63,971 nt of DNA, filler included, from Octopus bimaculoides (GCF_001194135.2; 11 parts of 9 records of this genome joined end to end with filler, not necessarily neighbours in it); one strand, 5' to 3'; shown: positions 36,205 to 49,518, counted from the first letter of the whole stretch. The notes: generated from the letters alone by a model not told the origin. Program-made: numbers and translations.

Positions 36205-37065
36205 CAGGGTGTGGTAAATAAACTGTCGTCTGAATTACGCAGAAATGAAAATAACATTGATATTTCATTTTAACAGACATATTTATCAAAATTATATAAA
36301 TACTAAAGAGTACATTTATTCAATAAAATCGCCATTGGGTTCAACCACGGCCTCCAAACGACTTCGGAATCTCCTGCAACTCTTCTGGACGGTTTCCTTG
36401 TTTAAGTTGGTGAATGCTGCCATAATCCTTACCTTCAGTTCACCTTTGCTGTTGCAAGGAGTTTTGTTGTCTCTCGCTCAACTGTGCCCCACACATAATA
36501 ATCAAGGGGGTTGCAGTATGGGAAGTTAGGTGGCCAAATATTAGGGGTGATGTGGTTGCAGCAATTGTCTGACAGCCATGACTGGATTCTCCTGCTTATG
36601 TGTCATGGTGCAGAGTCCTGTTGCCAGATATAGGGTCTTCTAGCAGCCCCGCCTCTTGACCCGGGGTAGCATTACTTCCTCCATGCATTTGATGTAGGCC
36701 TTCGTGTTGAGTGTGAGGCCGTTTGGGAAGATGAATGGAGGCATAACGTCGCCATCACGAGTGATCACTCCAAACACCATGATGTTGATTGGATGTTAGA
36801 TTTTTATCAATATCGGTACATGTCCTCAGATTGACAGCCAAACACTCTGAAATATTCGTACTGGAGTCGCCGGCGCGAATACCAAGCAGTAAATCATGTC
36901 GTTTCCAAATTTTTGGCAGGGTGAATTGCGTCATGGTGCTACTTTTCTCACAGACGGTGCCCAACTGACCCTACTATAGTGTGTAGTCGACAAAATCAAA
37001 AATGAACAAAGCGTATGTGCGAAATTAAAAATATAAAATGGCGACAATTTACCCATCGCACCCTG
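36205..37065 (-). mobile_element. Tc1/mariner superfamily (maT/DD37D-like) transposon, internally deleted
   Basis: TA-flanked CAGGGTG termini; transposase C-terminus MVFGVIT.DGDVMPPFIFP..WQQDSAP..WPPNFPYCNPLDYYVWG..RSRLEAVVEPNGDFIE at about 36320-36790. Confidence 0.9.
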
Positions 37066-37069
37066 TATG

Positions 37070-37101
<32 letters not shown>

Positions 37102-37411
37102 GTCAATTCGAGGATGTCAGGTCCTTATTAAGGATTTAATAATCCAAAACTTCCACTGGTTAATCGCTATCATATAAGGAGAAAGTCACGACGATATGTT
37201 AGGGATTATTATAGTAATACATATATTATTAATAATTAAAGAAAGAAAACGGACAAATATGGATGTATAATTTATTTATTTGTATGATATTATGAGGTTG
37301 AAAGTTTTTTTTTTATAAAACAATACTAATAAATTATAAATTATAAGCTCAAAAAAACAGCTGGTCTTTGGCATCTTCCGTTTCTTTCTTTGAGCTTTAT
37401 AATTTATAATT

Positions 37412-37610
37412 TATTACCTCCATCTTAGCGAAGGCAGTGGTATTGTTTCCAGTTGTGTTTGTTTGCTTGTTTGTCCGTGGACAAGATATCCCAAGAACCG
37501 CTGGATGGATTCGGATGAAACTGTTAAGGATGTTTGGCCTCGTGACTAGCACGAACTGATTAAATTTTGGGATCGATCAGGTACCGGATAAGGATTCTGG
37601 ATAATTTTTA
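37412..37610 (+). mobile_element. Non-autonomous DNA element, resembles Helentron-associated (HINE/DINE-1-like) repeats
   Basis: attacctcc..aagg..gtttgtttgcttgtttgtccg..gatatc..ggatggattcggatgaaact..aaattttgggatcgatc layout; assignment from recollection. Confidence 0.45.
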
Positions 37611-37721
37611 ATAAATATCAGGAGAACAGATATATACACACCCAAGTTTTATTATACAGTTGTTCACATATTTCTTTGTCAGGTTAAAAGTTCAAGATTT
37701 TATGACTACTTTTATTAACGT

Positions 37722-37965
37722 TTGTTGTTGTTGGCACTCCGTCGATTACGACGTAGAGGGTTCCAGTTGATCCGATCAACGGAACAGCCTGCTCGTGAAA
37801 TTAACGTGCAAGTGGCTGAGCACTCCACAGACACGTGTACCCTTAACGTAGTTCTTGGGGATATTCGGCGTGACACAGTGTGACAAGGCTGACCCTTTGA
37901 ATTACAGGCACAACAGAAACAGGAAGTAAGAGTGAGAGAAAGTTGTGGTGGAAGAGTACAGCAGC
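37722..37965 (-). mobile_element. SINE family C, 3' part with (CAA)n tail
   Basis: Reverse complement of the family C body and tail; cut by a spacer. Confidence 0.9.
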
Positions 37966-38390
37966 NNNNNNNNNNNNNNNNNNNNNNNNNNNNNNNNNNN
38001 NNNNNNNNNTTAATTAATTAANNNNNNNNNNNNNNNNNNNNNNNNNNNNNNNNNNNNNNNNNNNNATATATATATATATATATACAGACCTATATGCGCA
38101 CGTGTGTATATATTTTTGTGTGCTTGTAGACGTATGTGTCTTTCGAAACAGTGATACATTTTACTGTACATAATTGCCAATTTTATATGGTCAGTACTCC
38201 GAAAATCGGAGTCGTTTTGAAATTCATGAAATATTTCCCCGTAGACACTCTTTCAGTTGACGTAATGTGCAGTGCTAGGCTAGGCGTGAAATACGAACTT
38301 AGCTATAGAAATGAAATATATAAAACTGTCAAATAGACAAATAAGACTGGAAGGAAGATATATAATAACAGATAACGACATGTTTATATC

Positions 38391-38436
<46 letters not shown>

Positions 38437-38512
38437 AAACTATATATCTACGTAGAATTTTTTTTACTGTGTATACAATAAATCCAATTATAGGTGTAGT
38501 ATGTGTGTGCGA

Positions 38513-38545
<33 letters not shown>

Positions 38546-38662
38546 AAGACATACAGAGACACGCTCACACACACACACACACACACACATACACACACAC
38601 ACATACACACACACACACACTCACAAACACTAAACCCTCGCACACACGTGCCTATGCATACA

Positions 38663-39260
38663 TACAGAGTGTGTGGAAAAAATCTGACGATTTCTTATCT
38701 CGCCTTTCTCTTGAAAAAGAGCTTAATGTATTGATGAACTGTCAATCGCGTTGGAGTACGTAAAGATTAAAGTTGTTGCAAGAATATCTAGCTGACATGG
38801 ATAACTGGAAGACATCTAAATATTAGATAAGGGTCATATGTATCCTGATGATTCCCGTCGGTTATCAAATTTCCAACATCATGCAAAGACTGCAAAGACT
38901 TGATATGGACATCAAACCAAAGAAATTCCGTCAAACAGTAACGGTATTTGGGCTTGACCCCAATGAATTTGACGTCACGTCTCGCGATGAAATCTGACGT
39001 CTACGTAGCGAGCAATTGTCAAAAGTAGCTGGAGTATTGATTTAGAAAGGTCATGTGCGGCAGCAGGTTTCGACTCATTGCAATATCTCCAGAAGAGAGA
39101 CAAAGATGGATGTTGGAGAATTCTTAAGGCTTCATCAACCACCAATTTCTGGCCTCCTTACACTCCCATTGTATTGCCATGGAGGTTTGTAGTTAAGAAA
39201 ACATCATCCGGGCAACACCAAGTTTGAAACTGTGGCTTTCTTTTCCTGTTAAGCAAACTC
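38663..39260 (+). mobile_element. Heavily decayed Tc1/mariner transposase relic
   Basis: TACAGAGTG-like terminus; TNFWPPYTP resembles WPP.SP; other motifs eroded. Confidence 0.45.
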
Positions 39261-39477
39261 ACATATATGACCTAATTACCATTGGTATACATACACACTA
39301 ACTCAAAGGCGCGTGTATATATATATAGAGAGAGAGATAGAGAGAGACAGATATGGGAGGGTGAAAGAGATAGTAAGATAGATACATATAGTTATACATG
39401 TAGTTATATCGATATGTATGAACACACACTCACACGAGCACACACACGCTCCCGCATACACACTTATATATTCTTTT

Positions 39478-39683
39478 ATTCTTTTAATTGTTTCAATCAT
39501 TTGACTGCCGCCATGCTGGAGTACGACCTTCAGTGAAACAAATTGAATTCAGGACTTATTCTTTGCAAGCCTAGTACTTTATCTAGCGATTCCTTTGGTT
39601 AGGACGTTAAGTTAAGGGGACGCAAACACACCAAATTTCGGTTAGCAAGTGATGGTGGGAGTACAAACATAGACACATAAGTT

Positions 39684-39690
<7 letters not shown>
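39478..39690 (-). mobile_element. SINE family A, 3' half, runs into (TA)n and a gap
   Basis: tttcaatcatttgactgccgccatgctggag..gacttattctttg.. Confidence 0.8.
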
Positions 39691-39718
<28 letters not shown>

Positions 39719-40497
39719 NNNNNNNNNNNNNNNNNNNNNNNNNNNNNNNNNNNNNNNNNNNNNNNNNNNNNNNNNNNNNNNNNNNNNNNNNNNNNNNNNN
39801 NNNNNNNNNNNNNNNNNNNNNNNNNNNNNNNNNNNNNNNNNNNNNNNNNNNNNNNNNNNNNNNNNNNNNNNNNNNNNNNNNNNNNNNNNNNNNNNNNNNN
39901 NNNNNNNNNNNNNNNNNNNNNNNNNNNNNNNNNNNNNNNNNNNNNNNNNNNNNNNNNNNNNNNNNNNNNNNNNNNNNNNNNNNNNNNNNNNNNNNNNNNN
40001 NNNNNNNNNNNNNNNNNNNNNNNNNNNNNNNNNNNNNNNNNNNNNNNNNNNNNNNNNNNNNNNNNNNNNNNNNNNNNNNNNNNNNNNNNNNNNNNNNNNN
40101 NNNNNNNNNNNNNNNNNNNNNNNNNNNNNNNNNNNNNNNNNNNNNNNNNNNNNNNNNNNNNNNNNNNNNNNNNNNNNNNNNNNNNNNNNNNNNNNNNNNN
40201 NNNNNNNNNNNNNNNNNNNNNNNNNNNNNNNNNNNNNNNNNNNNNNNNNNNNNNNNNNNNNNNNNNNNNNNNNNNNNNNNNNNNNNNNNNNNNNNNNNNN
40301 NNNNNNNTATATATATACATATATATATATATACATGTATATATATATATTAATGTATATACATGTATATTCTCAGGGGAACTGTTTTGATACATGAAAC
40401 TAATGGTCACTCTTTACATATTTGTTATTTTTATGATTTTTTTAACGTTTGTTTATTATTCTATTCTCATTAGTATTCATCTACAATTATTTTTGAT

Positions 40498-40541
40498 GTT
40501 CTTCTTCTTCTTCTTCTTCTTCTTCTTCTTCTTCTTCTTCT

Positions 40542-40588
<47 letters not shown>

Positions 40589-40622
40589 TTCTTCTTCTTC
40601 TCTTCTTTTTCTTCTTCTTCTA
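40498..40622. repeat. (TTC)n microsatellite
   Basis: Direct reading. Confidence 0.97.
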
Positions 40623-40790
40623 AACCCCCCCTCCCCCTCCTCCTCATTGTGTTTATTCTTCGTTTTCTTCCGTATAATTGGCCGATATTTTTATTATAAT
40701 TATTATTTTTATCAATATTATTGTTATTATTATCATTTTATTGTTACTATTCTCATTATTGTCATCATTATTATTTACTTTTGTTATTGC

Positions 40791-40829
<39 letters not shown>

Positions 40830-41196
40830 ACTAATAATAATAATAATTTTTTATTCATTTATTTATTGATAGCATGAATATATTGGCATCTCCTAGGTTA
40901 TTTCATCACTGACTAATTTCCCTAGCCAATAGAAGAAAAGCATCATCTAACGCGAAACCGGAAAACAAAAATACTAAAAAATAGAATATGAAGAATACAA
41001 CAAACAAAGCCATCAAAAAACTAAAGATATATCTGTGTTAAACACGATAGCAACTAAAGATGGTTACAGACACCTATGGTGGTGTAAATTAGCCTCGTCG
41101 TCGATATTGTTTCTTTTGCCTTTTTAACTCGTTTTCCTTTTATTCCAGCCAGTACTTCTGGAAATATGGTTTACTTAACAGAATTATATATATATG

Positions 41197-41266
<70 letters not shown>

Positions 41267-43009
41267 NNNNNNNNNNNNNNNNNNNNNNNNNNNNNNNNNN
41301 NNNNNNNNNNNNNNNNNNNNNNNNNNNNNNNNNNNNNNNNNNNNNNNNNNNNNNNNNNNNNNNNNNNNNNNNNNNNNNNNNNNNNNNNNNNNNNNNNNNN
41401 NNNNNNNNNNNNNNNNNNNNNNNNNNNNNNNNNNNNNNNNNNNNNNNNNNNNNNNNNNNNNNNNNNNNNNNNNNNNNNNNNNNNNNNNNNNNNNNNNNNN
41501 NNNNNNNNNNNNNNNNNNNNNNNNNNNNNNNNNNNNNNNNNNNNNNNNNNNNNNNNNNNNNNNNNNNNNNNNNNNNNNNNNNNNNNNNNNNNNNNNNNNN
41601 NNNNNNNNNNNNNNNNNNNNNNNNNNNNNNNNNNNNNNNNNNNNNNNNNNNNNNNNNNNNNNNNNNNNNNNNNNNNNNNNNNNNNNNNNNNNNNNNNNNN
41701 NNNNNNNNNNNNNNNNNNNNNNNNNNNNNNNNNNNNNNNNNNNNNNNNNNNNNNNNNNNNNNNNNNNNNNNNNNNNNNNNNNNNNNNNNNNNNNNNNNNN
41801 NNNNNNNNNNNNNNNNNNNNNNNNNNNNNNNNNNNNNNNNNNNNNNNNNNNNNNNNNNNNNNNNNNNNNNNNNNNNNNNNNNNNNNNNNNNNNNNNNNNN
41901 NNNNNNNNNNNNNNNNNNNNNNNNNNNNNNNNNNNNNNNNNNNNNNNNNNNNNNNNNNNNNNNNNNNNNNNNNNNNNNNNNNNNNNNNNNNNNNNATATC
42001 TGTGTTAAACACGATAGCAACTAAAGATGGTTACAGACACCTATGGTGGTGTAAATTAGCCTCGTCGTCGATATTGTTTCTTTTGCCTTTTTAACTCGTT
42101 TTCCTTTTATTCCAGCCAGTACTTCTGGAAATATGGTTTACTTAACAGAATTATATATATATGTATATATATATATGAGCGTGTGTGAGGGCGTGTGAGT
42201 GTGTTGAAAGCTTGTTTAGACTTAAAATATTCAAATTTCGATATTTATAGTGCGAAGTAAGTATGTACGTTTCGCGTATTATACTGATATTTTTTTTTAG
42301 AAATAATTCTTCTCATATTCTAATTCTCAATAAACAAACATATCACGGTCATTCATACATCGACACACACCACACACCACACATACACACACATACACAC
42401 ATGGACACATACACACACACACATACACACACACATATATATTGCATACACATATATATTTATATACATGCATATATATATATATATATATATCTTTTTA
42501 TATATATANNNNNNNNNNNNNNNNNNNNNNNNNNNNNNNNNNNNNNNNNNNNTTAATTAATTAANNNNNNNNNNNNNNNNNNNNNNNNNNNNNNNNNNNN
42601 NNNNNNNNATGCAAGAGAGAGAGAGAGGAGAGAGGGGGAGGAAGAGAGAGAGAGGGAGGGAGGGAGGGAGAGAGATTGAGAGGAAGAATAGTTTAGAGAA
42701 AAAATTTGTTTTAACGAAGACATAATTATATTTGTAAGAAACTAGTACGAGTGTAATTTCATACATTTGACAACGAACTGGAAGCTTCAGATCGGTTACA
42801 AGTTAGTGATAAGTCGTAAAGAGTATGAAAGATGGTGATGTTGCAGTGACAAGAATCAGGGCTACGTTATCTAATGTACCCTTACCATATTTAACACGGT
42901 AGGCTATGAACTGTGGGTGGTTTGGCTTATATTTCTAGCAGGGAAGCCTACGGTTCACAGGCACCCTCGTTTAATCATAACTGTTTTTAAGGTGATGGAT
43001 TCTCACGTA

Positions 43010-43205
43010 GTGAATGCGCGTGGTTTAATGGTTAGGGTATTCGGGCTCACGATCGTAAGATCATGAGTTCAATTCCCGGCGATGCGTTAAGTCCTTGAGC
43101 AAGACAATTTATTTCATGTTACTCCAGTCCACCCAGCTGGCAAAAATGAGTAGAACCTGTATTTCAAAGAACCAGCCTTGTCACATTCTATCTCAGGCTG
43201 AATCC
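43010..43205 (+). mobile_element. SINE family D, sharing its 3' segment with family C
   Basis: tRNA-like head (gggctcacgatc; gagttcaattccc), ccttgagcaagaca, then cctgtatttcaaag..agccttgtcaca as in family C. Confidence 0.85.
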
Positions 43206-44227
43206 AAATAGGATCTCTGATGCATCACCTTATTATATAACATATCTTGAGCAATTTTTACGTGGCAGAGCCCATTCTTTTCTAGGAGTTACTACAGTCG
43301 ATCCCTATTTACAGTTCTATAAAATATAATTCTTTAGAATGAGAACAGATATAGGAATTGTCTAAATGAATGCCTGCAATTTTTAAAAAGAACCAATGCT
43401 TGAAAGCTGTCACCATTTCAGCTGCAAAACCTTTTGATGTCATTCACTCGAATCTATTCGGATGGACACTTGCGAAAAGACGCATTTGGCTGAACGTGTG
43501 AAGACAAAGTGAAAGGGGAAACAGGTTACATCTTTTGGTAAATGGATTCATAAACTTATTTTCCATTGGTTGGAAGACCAAAACATTCCCTGGGGGTGTA
43601 CCGATTTGACGTACTGTAACAGTGTTAATCGCAATCCTAGCCAAGTTCAGACTCTGAGTGGCATGCTAGCGATATACACTTTACAGAATATGTTTAAAAT
43701 TAAATAAATGATTTTTTTCTTTTTCCAAATTTGAACCAAGTACTTGACTAAACATTGCCACGGACCTGGTCTACGAGTTGTGTGTTTAAGTAAATCAGCC
43801 AAAATTCTTAGTTGATGATCTAAACTAATTTCAAAAAAATTTAGTTGCATCCTGGTATATTCTGATCTCACATTTCGTCGATTTTTAAGCAGTCTGTCAT
43901 CCTTCCACGGTCTACAAAACTTGTAACAGCGTGAGATCGATTTAATCGACTACCCCTGGCCCACACATACGCCTGTGACATTAGTGTCGTATTAAAGAAA
44001 GAAATTATAAATAACGAAATTACACATTGCGTTGATAAATATGACTAATGGAATTACCAGTTAGTCTTTTTTTATTTCTGTTTGTAAATAACTCCTGAGT
44101 ATCCCGCATATAACATCAGGAAAATATCAAAACCTCAATTTCCGATTTTTCTGTGGTGAAAATGTTTATGTCATTAGCAAATTGTTATTCCACATATATG
44201 AAATTTATTATTATAATTATCATTATT

Positions 44228-44380
44228 AAGGCGGCGATCTGGCAGAATCAGTAAGGTACTGGACGAAATGCTTAGCGGTATTTCGCCCATCACTACGTTC
44301 TGAGTTCAAATTCTGCTGAGGGCGACTTTGCCTTTCGTCCTTTCAGGGTCGATAATATAAGTACACAGCTACGCCTGGGC
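44228..44380 (+). mobile_element. SINE family B
   Basis: aaggcggcgatctggcagaatc..aaatgcttagcggtatttcg..gagttcaaattc. Confidence 0.88.
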
Positions 44381-44799
44381 CTATGTATTTAATAGATTTT
44401 GCTTTAGAAAAGCTTAACTTGTTGGTAAAATATTTATTAAAGTTTGATTATGCAGTCTCACTTTAAAACATTTTCCTAAGTAAAACCGTAGTTAGAAAAG
44501 ATATTTTATCTATAGAAGTCTTATTCCTCTGAAAAACAGTATTCTCATCATAAATCATATCATCATAAGCCATACCAGAATAAATCATACCAATCATATG
44601 AATATCGGATTGTGCTACGTGATATGGTATACGTGTAAACATATATAACAACCAACGATTTTTCTTAATGACATGTCAACATAGCATCGTGTATTTGATG
44701 TTTGTTTTTCTATCATTAGTATCTATATACAATATTTCTTGTTTTTTATTTGTTATGCTGTTACGGTATTTCACAATGTGGAAGTTTATCAGGATTTAA

Positions 44800-45200
44800 G
44801 TGTAGATTAGATGGTGCTGTCTGTTGGTGAATGAGGAGCATTCTTGTAGAGAAATAAAATTCTAAATTCTCTCCTGCATTTGTCTGTTTGAACTTATTAC
44901 GTTACCAATGTTTCATTGAATCTTTCAACTGCTTCTGCATACTGGGGTATAACTTTTCTATGCTCTACTTCACATCGTTCTTATAATTTACAACCTATGA
45001 AATATAGGCTGTTATCAAAAGCAATATTTTTTTCTTCGTTTTAGAATTTCCGATATGTAATGGCAAGAATTTTATGCAGATGATTTAATTATGATTCCCT
45101 TTGTCTCTGTGACAAACATTTCCGGCCACTCTGATGTTGCATGATTTTGGTTCTCCCAACACATTTGGCATTTTATGCATGTTTAAGGTGCCAAATAATC
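44800..45200 (-). mobile_element. Retroviral-type (Gypsy-like) integrase relic
   Basis: CIKCQ, SEWPEMF, IAFDNSLYF, VEHRKVIPQYAEAVERFNETL, YKNAPHSPT in expected order; stops and deletions. Confidence 0.5.
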
Positions 45201-46527
45201 AGACGTTTCAAATAACATACATATCAAAGCATTCCTATTTTTTGACTCTGTAATCTGAAGAGATTGGGACATCTTCCTCCTGTAAGGTATTTATCCAAGC
45301 TCAATATTGAAATCCAACAATAAAGTAGTTATCCGTATAAATTCATAATGACAGGGAGTGTTTTGTTTGAAGAAAACTCATTCAAATGAATTACAATAGT
45401 TTCTTACAGAACTGGTAGGCATGCTAAATAAAACTGAACGTGAACATCAAGTGAACATCAAGTTAAGTCAAATCATATAGTAAGTATGCAACACTACAAT
45501 AATGCAAACGTGATATGGCAAGAATAGAAATGTCTATTTTCTAGATATTACAATTATACATAAAATGTTATTATATTCTATAATACTTTCATGCTAAAGT
45601 GCTTTCTTATACTGTACACTAACAATGTAAATAATTTACAATTAGTCAGCGATGCACTGTCAGTGACGAAAATGAATAAGTGTTCAATAGCCAAGTCTAC
45701 CAGCCAAAGTGACCCTGATTGTGGTAATTCGACATGCTAGAAATAGAATCATAATCTTTCTCAAGCACGTCCTGCCGTCTAAATAATATGATCTAATCCT
45801 AGATACATTTCTGTGATTATATATCTGCTCAATTAGTTTTTATTTTAGGCTAAACAACACCAATAACTTTCAAGTTTTATAAACAGGTAATATGATGTAT
45901 TTCATATGACCTACCAGTGAAGATGACCTACCAGTTCTTTTATCCACAAATTCCTGGTAAGTGAATAAATTATAATTACGAAACCAAAAGTTTTTTTTTC
46001 TCAATTATCAGTGTAGAGTAGTTGGTAGAGAGAGTATTAGCCTAGCATTTTCAATGAGAAAGAAAGTTCTATATTCGGTGACGGAACAATTTTCAATGTA
46101 TTTTCATAAAAAAACGCTTGTTTCAATTTATAAGATGAATGTTTGCCTGAAAGCGAGCAGAGAAACAACGTTTTTCATATTTTTTGTTAAAGATAATCTA
46201 TTTATGTGTGATCCAGCATTGCTATTTACCTGGCTTCTGCCTGAAGGACAGAAACGACAAGGTATAAGGAGAAAAAACAAACAAACAAAAAAAGACAAGA
46301 GGCAACGTATTGAGGGAAAGCAACTCAAGACAGATAATATCTGAATGTAGTGTTGAATGACAGGGGAAATGAGTGATGGGAGAAATAATTAGTAAGAAGT
46401 AAAACAAACTAGGAGAAACTAACAAGCACGGAATTAATCAAACTGATCATGATATTTTTCACGACATTTCTAGAGAAAAATTCTTATCACATAAGCCAGA
46501 GTTGATTAGAATAAGAGCAAGAGTAGA

Positions 46528-46582
46528 ATGAATTACAAGCGTAACCCTTCTGACAGCTCTAAAATATCGATTCTTTCAACAG
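46528..46582 (+). CDS. Weak candidate first coding exon (MNYKRNPSDSSKISILST)
   Basis: agaATGa start, 55 nt open, CAG|gtaaga donor; phase-compatible with 47908-47925. Confidence 0.2.
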
Positions 46583-47202
46583 GTAAGAGATATTTCGACG
46601 TGCGAGTAGAATATAAATGTTACTGATAAGGCAGGAAAATTAAATAAGAGATTAAATAGTTTTAATGATATTAAATAAAAATGTTGGAAAAACAATGCGA
46701 AAGCAATGTAAAGCGTCAAAGGAAATTCCCTGAGGATATTTTCCCCCCAAAGCATTCCGTATTCATTTGCTTTGTAAATATTCTGAATGCAACAACTGAT
46801 AAGTGTGAAATATATATATATATAAAAACAAAAATCATTTGTTTAAAATAAATGAATAAATAAGACATCTTTAAATAACACAAATACATTAAGTAGCGCT
46901 GTAAAGTAGCCAGTCAAGAAGGTGAGTCCACGAACCGGGTTCGTTCTGTCGTCGAAGCTATTTCCCAAACTCTCTAGTGATCTTGGGTGAGTGATGACCG
47001 TAACACACCTAGTGGAAATTTATCAAACCTTATCTTGTCCCAACTTATCTAATGTAGAAGCTACTTATGCATAGTTAAAACATCCAAAAATGCAAACAAA
47101 TTTAGTGTTCAGTACAATAGATTAAGTTACTGGCGATTTGTGACCACTATGCTGTTTTAATTCCTGGATCTACCTTTCTATCTATCAATCAATCTATCTA
47201 TA

Positions 47203-47235
<33 letters not shown>

Positions 47236-47289
47236 ATCTATCTATCTACCTCTCTCTCTATATATATATGAAAAAGATCAACGGTACCA

Positions 47290-47458
47290 CCTGTGCCATA
47301 GGCTCATGAGGCCGGTTTCTTTGATTCTGTGGCATACGTTCTATGATTATTCATTTTGGTGCAAGGTGAAATGAAGAACAACGAATCGCCCGGTCTGGGT
47401 ACCAAAACTATAATCTTATGATCATTAGTGCAACAGCCTAAGCACTAAACCATACGTA
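47290..47458 (-). mobile_element. SINE family D variant, internally deleted
   Basis: Head (gtttagtgcttaggctgttgcactaatgatcataag) and tail (aaaccggcctcatgagcct) on the minus strand. Confidence 0.6.
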
Positions 47459-47605
47459 TGTATGTATGTATGTATGTATGTATGTATGTATGTATGTATG
47501 TGTGTGTGAGCGTGCGTATACATGTATGTATTTGTAGATGTGTGAGTGAGGGCACACGTATGTGTGTGTTTATGTATGTATGTATGTATCTCTCTCTCTC
47601 TCTTT

Positions 47606-47651
<46 letters not shown>

Positions 47652-47907
47652 ATAAAAAAATACGTAAGCATACCATACACACAGGCACAGACACACACAC
47701 ATACTGTATTTAAGAAAGGATGAACATCACAGTATTATTATTGCTCGCTAAATTTATATTCCTGTGCTTCTGTTAGAAATCAAAATTATAGAATATATAG
47801 TTACGTATTGAATATCCACATTTGTTATTTTGTTTTTCTTTATTCCTTTTCGGTTTTTTTTCTTTCTGCTTTATTTTGTTTTTACCTTTTGTTTTTACGT
47901 CGTCCAG

Positions 47908-47925
47908 ATATCAACGATCAGGAGA
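47908..47925 (+). CDS. Candidate 18-nt microexon
   Basis: About 85-nt pyrimidine tract ending gtccag, ATATCAACGATCAGGAGA, consensus donor gtgagt; length divisible by 3. Confidence 0.3.
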
Positions 47926-48544
47926 GTGAGTAGATGCCACTGTTATTACAAGAACTAATACTATCACTGCTGCTGTTGCAAAAACTACTGATTCATACGT
48001 CTATTTGTTGACTCTAACATATTGGTTTTCATCCCAACAGTTTCGTGTGCGTTTTCTTCTGCTTTACAGTCTAGCATTGAATAGTTTAAACCATAGAGTG
48101 TGGGGAAAGAACTAGAGTTTCAATTTCTACTGAAAGCACAGGTAGGAAACTCACACTTCCATACATGGACGGTTTGTTGTTTGCGAGATATGATACAATT
48201 CTATACAATTTAAAATGCAAGTAATTCGAGGATATAAGGTCGTTACCATTTGCATTTTTGTGTTTTATCTTTATTTTTTAATGTGATGTAAGTTTATTAT
48301 ATCTTCTTCGAAAAAGAATGCAGTAATTCACATTCAGAAGGTGTTACAGAAGTTTTCATAAATAACTTACGAATTTATTAGAGTAAATTACATTGAGTGA
48401 AGAAGTATTATTAAATGAATTATTAGAATCTCGTGAAGGCTTAGGATGGAAAACTATTGAACAATTTTATTTGAAGACGTTGAAATTTCATGTAGGCATA
48501 TATATATAAGAATGTGTGTGCGCACGCGTGTTTATATCTTTTAT

Positions 48545-48920
48545 TTTGTACTTTTTTTTCAGTGACTAGACTGCGGCCATGCAGGGGCACCGCCTTGAAG
48601 AATTTTAGTCGAACAAATCGACTCCGGAATTTATTATTGTTATTTTCTAAAGCTTGGTACTTATTCTGTCAGTCTCTTTTGCCCAACCGCTTGGTTACGG
48701 GAACGTAAACACACTAACACCGGTTATCAAGCGATGATGGGAGACAGACACAAACACACACACATATACATATATATAAATGCAGACGGTTTCTTTCAGT
48801 TTACGTCAGCCAAATCCTCTCACAAGGCTTTGGTCGGCCTGAAGCTATAGTAGAAAACACTTACCCAAGGTGTCACGTAGTGAAACTGAAGTCGGAACCA
48901 TGTGGTTAGGAAGCAAACTT
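48545..48920 (-). mobile_element. SINE family A, complete
   Basis: Both halves and an internal CA/TA tract. Confidence 0.9.
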
Positions 48921-49408
48921 CTTACTATACAGCCACGCCTGTATATATGTATGTAAATATGTACGTATATGTAAACGTATCTATATATATATAAATACAT
49001 AAATATATATATATATACATAAAAATATATTTGTATATATATATATGTATTTACATAAATATTTGCATGAATATGTATAAGTGTGCGTATGCTTACGAAT
49101 GCCTTAGGAGTATTTTATCTTTGATATGAAGGGCTTTAGATGAACGAATCGAACCCCAGCACTTATTTCTACAACTTCGTACTTGTTCCATTGGTTTCTT
49201 ATGTCGAACTGCTTGTCTACGTGAATGTAAACGAACCAATACCAGTTGACGAGTGGTAGCGTGGGACAAACAAAAGCAAGCGTACACACATAGATACACA
49301 TTCACACACACTCATAAACAGTCTGCAGACTGAAAAAAAAATGAACAACCTTAATTGAATTTCGAACCTTAATTGAATTTCGAAAATTTATTGGGAGTTA
49401 CATGTAGC

Positions 49409-49475
49409 GTGATGCCAGTCGTCAGCAATTTTGAATTTGAATTTGAAATTCAAAATGGCTGACGACTAGCATCAC
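49409..49475. other. 30-bp inverted repeat with a 7-nt loop
   Basis: gtgatgccagtcgtcagcaattttgaattt / aaattcaaaatggctgacgactagcatcac; 28 of 30 Watson-Crick matches. Confidence 0.9.
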
Positions 49476-49518
49476 AGTTGAAACTCAAGAGTGCCAACGA
49501 ATTTGAATCAAACTGTTT

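Noticed and set aside
37133-37175. Hammerhead-like layout CUUAUUA-A-GGAU..AUCC-AAAAC
   Set aside because: Needs four core substitutions, and stem I does not pair.
41029-42167. Identical 172-bp direct repeat flanking a gap
   Set aside because: Perfect identity across an N gap, each copy ending in a microsatellite; most likely a redundant overlap or two haplotypes.
43444-43871. Two adjacent short minus-strand ORFs in unique sequence
   Set aside because: Different frames, no recognisable motifs or convincing splice sites.
48070-48140. Strong acceptor and donor pair (ctttacag..CAG|gtagga)
   Set aside because: Stops in all three frames; cannot be supported as coding, and a non-coding exon cannot be shown from sequence alone.
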